Shown here in pieces: positions 1 through 11,231 of a DNA stretch of 64,000 nt (position 1 is the stretch's first letter; every line of letters begins with the position of its first letter). The DNA comes from Azolla caroliniana. Taxonomy: Eukaryota > Plantae > Polypodiophyta. Under the pieces are notes generated by a model that saw nothing but the letters and a program-made list of their open reading frames with translations, ran no database searches and was not told where the DNA came from. The stretch is from the NCBI GenBank assembly GCA_043228905.1, contig JBHGNT010000003.1, positions 21,390,001 to 21,454,000 of the forward strand, in the 5' to 3' direction. The translations under genes were made by a program, and so were the position numbers.

Positions 1-524
1 GTTTTCGGTCTCTTCGGCATCAGATGGGCGTAACGACAAACCAGTCCGGTTAGAGCCGGACACAGAGCAGGATGGTTCCCGACAACCGACATCAGCTCCT
101 TAATGATCGGCTTCAACTGTTCCGACCCGACCAGTTCGGTCTTCTGTCTTCGGATCCTGCCGACTCGAACAAAGCTGATATGTCCGAGAACCTAAGTCTA
201 TACCTGTAACCTTAGATAACCCATGTATACGCCCATTACGGGGGAGTGTCGAATACATGTGTATAATGGACGTATTCACACCATCCCGTTTTGGCCATTT
301 ATGTAATTAGCATAAAGGGTAGTTGCCCTAAGTCGGTCACTATATATAGTGACCTTGTAACCTCTTTGTGAGGTTGGTTGTTGTATTGTTGCTTTATGAA
401 ATAAGAAATTCTTTTGTGTCTCTCTCTCTCTCTCTGTGCAACGACCTACATTCTGTCATACACAGGGAATAAACAGGAATCGAGTGCTTCAAGATCTTCC
501 GCACAGACGACATTGCTTCCAACA
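1..524 (+). mobile_element. 3' end of a Ty1/copia element (relative of copia A) inserted in the 5' LTR of gypsy G1
   Basis: 1-246 resembles the reverse complement of about 4017-4265 (3' internal region of copia A). PPT GGGGGAG at 240-246, then LTR TGTCG...CAACA at 247-524. Gypsy LTR sequence resumes at 525. Confidence 0.85.
247..524 (+). repeat. copia 3' LTR (278 bp)
   Basis: TG...CA ends, follows the PPT, TATA inside a palindrome at 335-354, similar to the LTRs at 3697-4016 and 8261-8512. Confidence 0.85.
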
Positions 525-621
525 GTCTTCTCGGTGTAGAAGAAGCCTCCACGTAACACGACCCCTTGATATCGATAGCCTGTGGGCTCATTGAAGGTGT
601 TTCCTCTAGAAATGGTTAACA
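525..621 (+). repeat. 3' portion of G1 5' LTR
   Basis: Near-identical to 24831-24927, ends TTAACA. Confidence 0.9.
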
Positions 622-626
622 CAATT

Positions 627-639
627 TGGCACGCCCGGT
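627..639 (+). promoter_or_regulatory. G1 primer-binding site, tRNA-Arg type (TGGCACGCCCGGT)
   Basis: 5 nt after the LTR end. Complementary to the plant tRNA-Arg(UCU) 3' end as recalled (...CCCACCGGGCGTGCCA). Confidence 0.8.
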
Positions 640-812
640 TACAACTATAAGGTCCCAACGAACTACGTAGGAGGCAAACCTCAGCCGCCATTACGACGCC
701 CAATCGCATCAAGCGGTCTCAGCCACCTGCCCGACGCCCTGAGCCAGTCGAAGGAACTTCCGACTCGGCGGTCACTGACCAATCTTTCCAAGAACTATCA
801 GAGGCCCACCGG

Positions 813-3696
813 TTGCAATCCTCGCCACCCGATACCCAATCGCAAGTTGATTCCGCACCGATCTCCCCGCCAAGCCCTCTAGGGGTCACCCAACCTGACC
901 CTAACCCTTTTCCGGCTTTACCTGAAGACCCGGATCTTGATACCATGCCTTACCCTTACCCACGATATACAGACGGCCTAGACACGGAATTGCACACCCG
1001 TGCTTTCGTGTCCACATGGCAGGCCAACCACTCGACGCATCGGTTATCGGCTACCGAAATCGAGTCCTCCAAAATCGTGGAATTTGCTCTATCCCTCGAT
1101 GGCCCGACTACTCGATGGTATTCCCACCTCGACGTGGGGGGAGTCACAACGTCCTGGACGTCCGAACAAAGTTTCTAGAATTATTTCACCGCGATGTTCC
1201 GAAGCGCGAACTGCTCCGTCAGTTCTTTTCCATGAGCCAAGAACCTCACGAGACGGTCACCGAGTTCACGATCCGGTTTCAGGATCTCTACTGACAACTA
1301 GCCGACGATGTCTCCGCACATCACATTCTGGATACCTTCCTTTCCAGACTATGGGAGCCTCTACAGACGACTCTCGCACTTACCAATTTCTCTAACCAGA
1401 AAATTGAGCAAGTCATCTCACGCATCCTCGCCATCGATCAGACACAACATAGCACAACTTTCTCCATGGGCTCTTTGCAAAGAACCCTTCCTCAAGAGGA
1501 CAATTGTTTCCGACAAGCCCTCCAATGCACAACCTGCTCGGGCTCGGGCCATTTGGCTCTCGAGTGCCCTCACCGGCCACACTGTCCAATCTGTCAGTTC
1601 CGATTTCACATGATCGAACAATGTGAATACAACATGCTCAATCACACAACGACGGCTCCGGTTCGCTAGATCGAGCCTCAAAATACATACTCACGGCAGG
1701 ATGAACATCAGTCCTACCGACATCGGGATATCGAGCGACCACAATCCTCGGATTGTCAGCACTGCGACGACGACCGCTACCACCACGACAACCGCAGGAG
1801 ATCGGACGACCGCCGTGACCAATACCGCGATGACCAATATAGAGCAAATGACGAGTATGACCGGTACAACGACGACTGGGATGACCGGTACGATCGATGG
1901 TATTCACGAAACGATAGAAGAAACTCTTACAGAGGTTCGCGGAACAATCGATGGCATAATGACAATCGTTGTCAGGACCCTCCTCCAAACGTACCTCACA
2001 ACTCTCTTCCCCATAACGCGCCACGGGCCAACATGCCTACACAAGCGGCCGGGAACCGCTCACCCACACACTGAGCACGGTGACACTCGCAACTCGGCAT
2101 TGGTTACCTACTTTAAGTGTAACCAACCTGGCCACTATGCTACCCAATGCCCAACCACGGACCGCGGGAAGGCCCCAACCGTGAATATTATTATGGTCGA
2201 TGTTCAACACGTTACTACACGCAGCAAAACCCAGGCCATCCAATGGCAAGTACAAGATGACGTCCGTAAAGCAGCCAAGGAATGGATTGACACCGCCAAC
2301 AAAAGCAACATGGAGCGGATGCAGGACGTGACCATTGGAGCACCACAGTCCACAGGACCATCCACCTCGGCAGAAGATGACCATCTGTGGGACGCCCTTA
2401 CCAGTTCTAGGATCTCGTTGCCATTGCATAAGCTTTTACCGCTTATGCCATGCTTTCGGGATACCTTGGCTACACTCACGACTAACGCCAAATCGGCCGC
2501 ACCCCTTGTTAACCTGACACCCATCATGGATTCCCAGAATCTAGCCGTGAAAATCATGATTAAGGGACGCGACCTTCATGGATGCATAATCGACGGTGGC
2601 TCCGGCGTGAATGTCATCAGCGAGGCCACATCTCACACACTTGGTCTGAACCAATGGGAACCTTGCCCCTTTTGGCTTCGGATGGCCGATACGCGAACGA
2701 TTCGCCCCATAGGGTTAATCCGCCACCTCGACTTCACGTTAGGAGGCCACATGTTCACTATCTCGGCAGTTGTGTTACACCTCGAAGCTCCGAGCGCCTA
2801 CCCAATGTTGCTTGGACGACCCTGGCTGCACACAACCAATATTAAGCAACATTGGCAGCAAAATATGATCTCTTTCCGACGGGGGAAGACCAAGGTGCGG
2901 ATAATAACAGAAGAACGCCTAACCATGCCCCACAACACCACACCCTTATATGCGGAAGGGGTACACATGCTCGACGGGTTAGCCGACGACGAGGTGGATG
3001 ATCTTCCAGAATGAATTCCTGGAAGATCATTTCACTATCATACCCCTCTTTGAAATAGATGCCATCTCGGCCTTCGGCACACCCCTAGACGAGGATGTCA
3101 TGGAAGAATCCCTTCCCTAGAACGAGCCAGATTCCACCACTATCGTGGAATTACGACACGCTCGGGATGCGTTGAACGAGAATTTGCCATCTCCCAGCGA
3201 GTCAAAGCATCAACACTCGAGTAAGTCAACCTCGGCTCCGACGAGAACCCGCGTACACTACAAATTACTAACAACTTACCAGCCGACGAATGCTCAACCC
3301 TCATACGCCTGCTCACGGATTATCAGGATGTATTCACATGGTCTTACGCTGATATGAAGGGATTGGATCCCCAATATTACCAACACCAAATACACCTCAT
3401 GCCTAACGCTCGGTCAGTCCAACAACGACGATACCGTATGAACCCCAACTACGCAGCTAAGGTCAAAGAGGAGATTGACAAGCTCCTCCGAGTAGGTTTT
3501 ATACGCCCGGTAAAAAGAGCCACATGGTTAAGCCCAATCGTCGTCGTCCCCAAGAAAAACGGGAAAATCCGTGTTTGTGTTGATTACCACAGACTCAATG
3601 CCGCGACAGTCATGGATGGGTTTCCTCTCCCGTTCATGGATAGTGTCCTCGACAAGGTGGCTGGTCATGAATGCTACAATTTTCTCGATGGGTTCA
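813..3696 (+). pseudogene. G1 gag-protease-RT N-terminus (frameshifts and stops)
   Basis: Zinc knuckles CTTCSGSGHLALEC, CPICQFRFHMIEQC and FKCNQPGHYATQC. Protease IIDGGSGVN. RT WLSPIVVVPKKNGKIRVCVDY...FLDGF. Confidence 0.9.
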
Positions 3697-4016
3697 TGTT
3701 GGGGACAAGGCCGTCAATGTGGAAGTGCAAGCAACATTCGTGATGAAGAAGAATCTGTGTATGCGCATGAGCAAGATAGACACAAAGAGAGAGAGAGAGA
3801 GAGATAGGCACAAAGAAAAGTTATATTTCTCAATAGCAACCGTTACAACAGAATGACAACCAACAACAACAACAACCTTTTCTAAAGGTTACAAAGTCAC
3901 TTTATATAGTGACTGTCCTAGGGCAATTGCCCTTTATGCTATTTACAAAAATAGCCCAAACTTGGGCTGTCCAAAGGGACAGTGTGAATACGGCCATTAT
4001 ACACTCGTATTCGACA
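3697..4016 (-). repeat. copia A 3' LTR (320 bp)
   Basis: TG...CA ends, adjacent CTCCCCC (PPT complement), contains (GA)n and (AAC)n. Confidence 0.9.
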
Positions 4017-4213
4017 CTCCCCCGTAATGGGCGTATACATGGGTTATCTAAAAAATTACAGGTATATACAAGGTTTATTGGACATATCGGTTTTGTTAGA
4101 GTCGACAAGATCCGAAGACAGAAGACCGAACCGGTCGGGTCGGAAGAGTTGAAGTCGATCCTGAAAGAACCGATGTCGGTGGTCCGAAACCATCCTGTGT
4201 TGTGTGTCTGACT

Positions 4214-7200
4214 TTAACCAGACCGATTTTTCGTTACGCCCATCTGGTGCCGAAGGGACCGGAAATGATCTGCCGAAAGACACTTGGTCATTCCATCTGC
4301 GACATTATCGGTTGTGGATATTTCCTCGAGACCGATTTTCCCTGAAATGACGCAGTCCGAGTCGACTTGTCGAAACGTGTGTGCCAGCCGACCGAGCCAT
4401 AAAGCTTCTTTTGCCGCGTCGGACGTAACTGCATATTCTGCTTCGGTTGTTGAGGTGGCTGTGCATTCCTGAAGTTTCGACTTCCACAAGATTGCTCCAT
4501 TGCCAAATTTGAAACAATATCCGGTTGTTGATTTCCGATTGTCCACGCAACCGACGAAGTTCGAGTTGGTGTAACCGACTATGCTTGAGGTTGAGTTCGG
4601 GCCAAAGAGAATGTCGTGGTCTTTTGTGCCAACTAGATATTTGAACACATGCTTGACTGCGTTCCAGTGCGATCGGCCTGGGTTATGCATGAATCTGCTG
4701 ACGACTCCTACGACGTGAGAAATATCAGGCTGTGTCGCGACCATCAGCGTACATAAGGGAGCCGACTGCCGGTGCATACGGTACCAACTTCATATCTTCC
4801 CCCTCCGGACCGGATGTTGGGCAGTCTTGCTGAGACAACCGAAGGTTAACGGGGAGCAGGGTCGAAGCAGACTTGGCCGAGTGCATGTTGAAGTGTTCCA
4901 AGACACGTCCGATGTAGTCGGTTTGACACAAGAAGAGTTGTCGTTTATCGTGATGCTGACTAATCTTCATACCAAGTATGTGTCTTGCCAGACCGAGGTC
5001 CTTCATGGCAAACTTCAACCGTAGTTTCCGAACGAGTTTGGTGAGTTCTCCGGCATGTCGTCCACGTAAATGATGAGGAAGACGGGAGACCCGTCTTGAG
5101 TTGTTTTGGTGAAGAGACAGTGGTCCTCATCGCTCTTGAGAAGCTGACCGACTGGATGAAGTCGTCGAACTTCTTGTACCACTGTTGGGGTGGGTGTCTG
5201 TTTCAGACCGTAGAGACTCTTCCTGAGTCGGCAGACTAGATGTTCCTGGCTGGATGCCACAAAGCCTTTCGGTTGCTCCATGTAGATTTCCTCCTGTAGG
5301 TCACTGTGGAGGAATGCCATTTTTACATCTAGCTGAATCAGCTCCAAGTTGTCGGCGGCCACGACGCTGAGCATGAAATGAAGGGTCGTCATTTTCACCA
5401 TTGGTGAAAAGATTTCGTCGAAGTCGACGCCATATTCTTGTCTAAATCCCTTCGCAACTAATCTGGCCTTGTACTTTGGGTTGGTCGAGTCGGACGTCTC
5501 TTTTACTCGATAGACCCACTTACATGGAAGAGCATGTCGATTCTTCGGTAATTCGACCAAGTCCCAAATCTTGTTTGCTCGAATGGAGTGCATTTCCGAT
5601 TCCATCGCCAGATGCCATGTGGCTGAATCGGCAGATGCCGATGCTTCTTCGTAAGAAGTCGGTTCGCCGGCGTTGGTCAAGAAAATTTCGGGAGAGTACC
5701 TCTCCGGAGGTTGTGATAGTCTCTCAGATCTGCGAGGTATGACTAGACTAGTCGCACCGAGTGTCGATGTCGGATGGTCGGGAGCCGAGCCATTCGGGTG
5801 TGCCGAATCGGTGGATTCGGTGCGAGAGTTGTCGGTTACCCGTGAAACCGATCTCGTGTGGTGGGCTGGGCCGTCATGAAGGGTTGGCACTTCGGAAAAT
5901 ATTACCCTTAGGACTTCAATAGGCCTTTCGGCCGTTTTATGCATAGCCGACTCGTTGAACACAATGCCCAAACTTCGGACGATTTGTCTATGCTCGGGGT
6001 CCCAGAGTCGGTATTTGATCTCGCCGTGGGGTCCGTACCCAAGGAAAATGCATTTCCTTGATCTTGGTTCGAGTTTCTGGCGATCGTCTTTTGGTATGAG
6101 GGTGTATGCCTCGCAACCGAAGATCCTTAGCTTGTCATAATTTAGCTTACTGCCGGTCCATATTTCTTGAGGTATTTGAAGTCCTAGGGGTCTACTTGGC
6201 GACATATTTATTATGTGTACTTCCGTAAGTAGAGTCTCTGCCCAAAAGCCATCCGACAGTCCAGAGTGTTGGAGCATGGATACTACGCGTTCTTGAATCG
6301 TCCGATTCATGCGTTCAGCAATTCCGTTCTGATCCGGACTATAGGGTGCCGTATATTCACGTCGAATGCCGCGTTCTCGGCAAAATTTGACGAATTCTTC
6401 AGACTTGAATTCTCCTCCATTATCGGTTTAGAGACATTTTAGTTTCCGACCGGTCTAGTTTTCGACCATTGCAAGCCATTCGGAGAAGATCGAAAACACC
6501 CGATCTTTGGTTCTAATGGGGTAAGCCCACACCTTCCGAGTTGAGTCGTCAATAAAACCTAACGACGTACGAAGCACCGCCGAGAGACCGATGTGGCATC
6601 GAGCCATAGACGTCTGAGTGGACCAAATCGAGGGGACTCGATTCTCTTGGTGCTGATGTCGGGTGTGATGCGACTACCTATTTGCCGTACTGGCAATGCT
6701 CGCAGAATTGGTGATCCGAGAAGGAGAGTTTGGGGATGTAACCGGCTCTGGATAGGTGCGTTATGCCGGCCTTGCTGAGGTGTCCAAGTCGTCCGTGCCA
6801 TAACGATGACACGGGAATATTAACCAAAAACAAGTCACCCTCTTTGAGTGTGACATATAAAGGGTACAAGGAATTTACCTTTGGTCCTCGAGCAAGCAGG
6901 AGGTTCCCTTTGTGGAGTGTCCACCCTCCTGATGAGAATCCGGTAGTTGGGAAGAACTTCTTCCCCGGTTGTTTGATCGGTCAGTCGAACCTTGTACTAC
7001 ATAAGCTTCCTCTGCCGATTCTTTGGTGAAAGACTTTCTCCGAGCTGCTTCGGTCAAGATTGCGCTCGTGGCTTCGGAGTACTTAATGGCAGTTGAAGCA
7101 TTGCACATGGTTGTAACGAAAGTTTCCCAAGAAGAGGGGAGACTACTCATGAGTATCATTGCTTTGAGTTCATCCTCGATTGCCGTCCCCTGAGACGATA

Positions 7201-7592
7201 TTTGGGAGCTTAGGCTTTCGTACTCGTTGAGGTGTGCCTAGACCGAGTCAGACTCTTTCATTTGTAAGTTGTAGAAGTGCCGGATCAGATACATCTTTGT
7301 CGCTGCGACCTTCTTTTCATAAGTTTTCGACAGTGTTTTCCAAAGTTCGAAAGCTATCGTTCATGATTGCACTGTGAAGTACACTGACTCCGACAAGTGC
7401 ATCTGAATCGTGGTGCGGACGATTCTGTCCAACTTAAGCCACTCGTTTGCCTTGTATGCTTCTGGAGGATTTTCATTCTCAATCGGGTCTATTTGCTATG
7501 AGATAGTCCTGCATTTGTTCCTTCCAGAAGTTGAAGTTCGAACCATCGAACCTCCTTAGACTCATCTCCGATGAGCCGGATGTTGATGCCAT
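4214..7592 (-). pseudogene. copia A gag-pol, lacking zinc knuckle and protease, frameshifted
   Basis: gag FDGSNFNFWKEQM from ATG 7592, GAG-pre-integrase LWHGRLGH, integrase, RT YKARLVAKG...YVDD, RH ATSTTEAEY. Deletion junction near 6950. Confidence 0.9.
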
Positions 7593-8246
7593 ATGCGTCG
7601 GTTTCAGTTAGTGAGACTCGGTTCGGAGTTGACTACGAGCCTTAGTGGGGTGCAGCCGATCGGCTCACCCGATATCGTTCTAGTCGGTTTTGAACCCAAG
7701 TCGGTTTGGTTTCGTATACTTGTTGCTGAACTTGCTCGGAGTGACTCCGGTAACTTGAGGGACAGAACCAGCTGGTCTTCCCGAATGTTGCCGAGTCGGA
7801 GTGAGCCCGGTTAGCTTCCGATCGTATGCCGAATACCGATTACACGAGACCGATTGTTTGGGCCGATTCTGCTTCGGATGACTGCAACGATGAGAGGGAT
7901 GGATCCAACTGATCCTCCGGAATGTCGATCAGCCGAGTGAAGCACGAATTTGGTTGTTGCCTGGAGACCAATCTACAACGGGTGGTTACAACAAGTGGGT
8001 GAATAACGTCCGGTGACCTATTTGGATGTCGTTTAACCGAATGAAGCACGATTGGGTCGGATGTTGCAAAGGGAGTTCGCCTCAAGTGGTTACAATCACA
8101 GGAACAAAGTACAACCATCTAGCTTACTCCAATTAGTGACTTAACGCAATGAGATGCAAACTTCTTGTTTGTCTTCTCTCTTCCCTGTTCTTCAAGAATG
8201 TTGTGGTGTACGATGACGGCCGACATCGGGTTCAAGAACCTCCAAC

Positions 8247-8258
8247 GCTCTGATACCA
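8247..8258 (-). promoter_or_regulatory. copia A PBS (tRNA-iMet, TGGTATCAGAGC)
   Basis: GCTCTGATACCA lies 2 nt from the LTR. Confidence 0.95.
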
Positions 8259-8260
8259 AA

Positions 8261-8512
8261 TGTTGGGGACAAGGCTGTCAATGCGGAAGTGCAAGCAACA
8301 TTCGTGATGAAGAAGAACATGTGTATGCGCATGAGCAAGATAGACACAAAGAGAGAGAGAGAGAGAGATAGGCACAAAGAACGATTACAAAGTCACTTTA
8401 TATAGTGACTGTCCTAGGGCAACTGCCCTTTATGCTATTTACAGAAATAGCCCAAACTTGGGATGTGCAAAGGGACAATGTGAATACGGTCATTATACAC
8501 TCGTATTCGACA
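8261..8512 (-). repeat. copia A 5' LTR (252 bp, about 68 bp shorter than the 3' LTR)
   Basis: Matches 3697-4016 except for the missing AAC-rich segment. Confidence 0.9.
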
Positions 8513-8517
8513 GTTCA

Positions 8518-9060
8518 ATGGCTATAACCAAATCTGAATGCACCTAGACGATCAGGAGAAAACGGTGTTTGTCACGGAATGGGGTGTCTTCGTGGCCGAG
8601 GTAATGATGTTCGGATTAAAAACAGCACCGGCCACATTTCAACGCATCATCATTGAGATTTTCAACGAGTATATCCTAGCATTCATGCAAGTTTTCCTCG
8701 ACGACTTTGCTGTGTATGGCCAGTGGCTGGAGCATATGACCCAGCTACACCTCTGTCTTGATCGATGTCGAGAAGCTTGGTTGAGCTTAAATCCGGCAAA
8801 ATGCGCGTTCGTGGTGACAAGCGGTAACCTGCTCGGGCACATAGTCAGTCAGGAAGGTATCGCCATGGACCCGGATAAAGTGCAAGCCATTCTGAACGCT
8901 CTCGCGCCCTCTACCGCGAAGGCCCTCAACCAATTCCTGGGCCAAAACAGATGCCATAGCCGGATGTTACGACACCTGGCCGATTTCGCGACTCCATTGC
9001 ATGCAACTGTGCATAGACTCCCATTTCAGTGGTCTTCAATAGAAGACGAGGCTTACCAAT
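8518..9060 (+). pseudogene. G1 reverse transcriptase (continuation)
   Basis: GYNQI...MMFGLKTAPATFQR...FLDDF...LLGHIVS. Confidence 0.92.
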
Positions 9061-9466
9061 TGTAAAAGAATAGTGTGTGCGGAAGCGTATGCGAAACACA
9101 GAGTACACAGTTCGGAGGAATAAGACAGTTCGGTAAAACACAGAAAACGCAGAGATAGAGAGCAGACAACAAAAAAAACACAGATTCAAAATAATGACTC
9201 TCTGTACATACATTGATGCTCAGTGAGCATCTTTTATACAAGCCCTAACAATCGGGTTGACACAAGTACTGACAGTACTTGAATGCTCATAAATGAGCCT
9301 ACTACACAAACTCCCAAAATTATTCTCTTACGAGGAATAATGCTCTAACGGCCTCTTCGGTTTTCACACCGATGCGGCCCTATTGTGCGTACTTTTTCAC
9401 GCACCTAGTCTACGCACTGGGTTACGCTGCGTACTTCGCACCGAATGTTGAGCTTGTCTCTCAACA
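9061..9466 (-). mobile_element. solo LTR (406 bp), related to the copia E LTR
   Basis: TGTA...CAACA ends. TSD CCAAT/CTAAT with 1 mismatch. Removal restores EAYQSLKLML. Shares AATAGTGTG..CGGAAGC and TTGAGCTTG..CTCAACA with 61666-62058. Confidence 0.85.
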
Positions 9467-9471
9467 CTAAT

Positions 9472-10596
9472 CCTTGAAGTTAATGCTCTCCCATGCCCCT
9501 GTTGTACAGCCACCAGTCTGGTCAGAACTTTTTCACGTCTTCGTAGATGCATAAGATATAGCCATTGGCAGTGCACACCACCAAATTGGTATCGGCCAGT
9601 GTATTACGCTAGCCGACGACTCTCGGCCGTGGAGAAGAACTACTCAACAATTGAACGTGAGGCCCTCGGGATGGTCTACAACATCAACAAATTCCGGCAT
9701 TACCTCTTGGGTCGGAAATTAACATTCCACATCGATCACTCAACTGTCCTCTACTTGGTTAATAAACAGGCCCTCACAGATCACCTGGCCTGATGGATGC
9801 TCCTGCTACAACAGTTTGATTTTCAGATCCAACACCGGCCCGGAGTCCAACACGCCGTAGCTGACTACCTGAGCCGCCTCGAGTCAGGGGAACCTGCCGA
9901 GTCCACGTACGATGATCTACCCGCCGCCGCCCTTTTTAGTCTCGCAATGGTGCCAGACGAAAATGAAGATGAATGGATCACAGAGATGACCCATTTCCTC
10001 AACACCGGCCTTCCTCTCGACCACTTGACCCTCGACGCTCGGAAACGACTAGTTGTTTGGAGCCGAAACTTTTGTCTGGTCTCCGACATCCTCTACCACA
10101 AAGGCTCAGATGGCATCTAGTGCCGCACAATCTGTCAATTCTAGAAACACGCAATCGTCTAGGAGGCACATCACGGAATCGCGGGGGGACATTATGCTGA
10201 AGAGGTCACGGCAAGAAAAATATGGCAGAGTGGCTTATGGTGGCCTACAATGAAAAAAGATGCTCATGAATTCTGTCGACAGTACGATTTGTGTCAACGC
10301 ATGGGACAACCGACCGAGCAAGCCCGGATGCCGCACCAACCCATCCTTCTGTTAGAACCATTTCAAAAATGGGGGTTAGATTTTGTGGGACCTTTTAAAC
10401 CAGTCGCGGCTCTCACTGGTAACAAATATATAATCGTGGCCACAGACTATTGCACAAAATGGGTCGAGGCTAAGGCACTACAGGACAACACGGCTACATC
10501 CACGGCAAAGTTCGTTTACGAACATCTATAGTGCTGATATGGATGCCCAATCGAGCTCATTAGTGACCAAGGCGAGCATTTTATAAACCACATAAT
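9472..10596 (+). pseudogene. G1 RNase H and integrase N-terminal part
   Basis: YYASRRL...[38 protein letters not shown]. Confidence 0.92.
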
Positions 10597-11201
10597 TGTT
10601 GGGATTACGGTCCCTTCGGATGGGATGGTCGGATGTCGGAGATGAATGCCGACAAGCCCGGTTGCGGTTTCGGAACCGGATGATGAAGACCCCGGCTTCG
10701 GAGCCGGATGACGAATGTACCCGGAGAGAGATCCGGATGCGGGGACATATCTGTGAATATGTTTGCCAAGGGCCCTTGAGGCTATAGTTGTAAATAGCCC
10801 CAAAGTCATATGTGTATAAATATGACTTAGGGCAAACAGTTTTAATGTTGCTACTCATTTTTCTGTTTTTCCACTCAAGAGGAGTGAAGAGAGAGCAGCC
10901 GTGAGAGAGATAGAGCGTGAGAGAGGAAGAGGTCGACGCCTCTGTGTATTTCCGCCGCCTGTGGCGAGGACAGCGAGCTCAAGGTCGTCGCCTTGCAGCT
11001 CGCCATTGTATACTTCTCTGTGCATAGTTTTGGTTCGGAGTCTTGTACTCCCGTGGTTTTTCCCGTACAGGGTTTTCCACGTTAAATCGTGTGTCCACTT
11101 ATTTACTTCTGCATTTCCCATTTTCTGCAACAACGATTCGTGTGTTTCCTTGGTTGTGGCCGAGAGGTGAAGTTTGGAAAGTGTCCATTGATTTTCCATC
11201 A
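10597..11201 (+). repeat. copia B 5' LTR
   Basis: TGTTG...CATCA, pairs with 19428-20032. Confidence 0.95.
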
Positions 11202-11204
11202 ATT

Positions 11205-11216
11205 TGGTATCAGAGC
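11205..11216 (+). promoter_or_regulatory. copia B PBS (tRNA-iMet)
   Basis: TGGTATCAGAGC 3 nt after the LTR. Confidence 0.95.
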
Positions 11217-11231
11217 GGGCTGCTGCAGAAA

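Larger units (their letters stand above)
3697..8512 (-). mobile_element. Ty1/copia element A, degenerate
   Basis: TSD GTTCA at 3692-3696 and 8513-8517. LTRs at 3697-4016 and 8261-8512. PBS-Met and PPT present. INT-RT-RH order. Confidence 0.95.
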
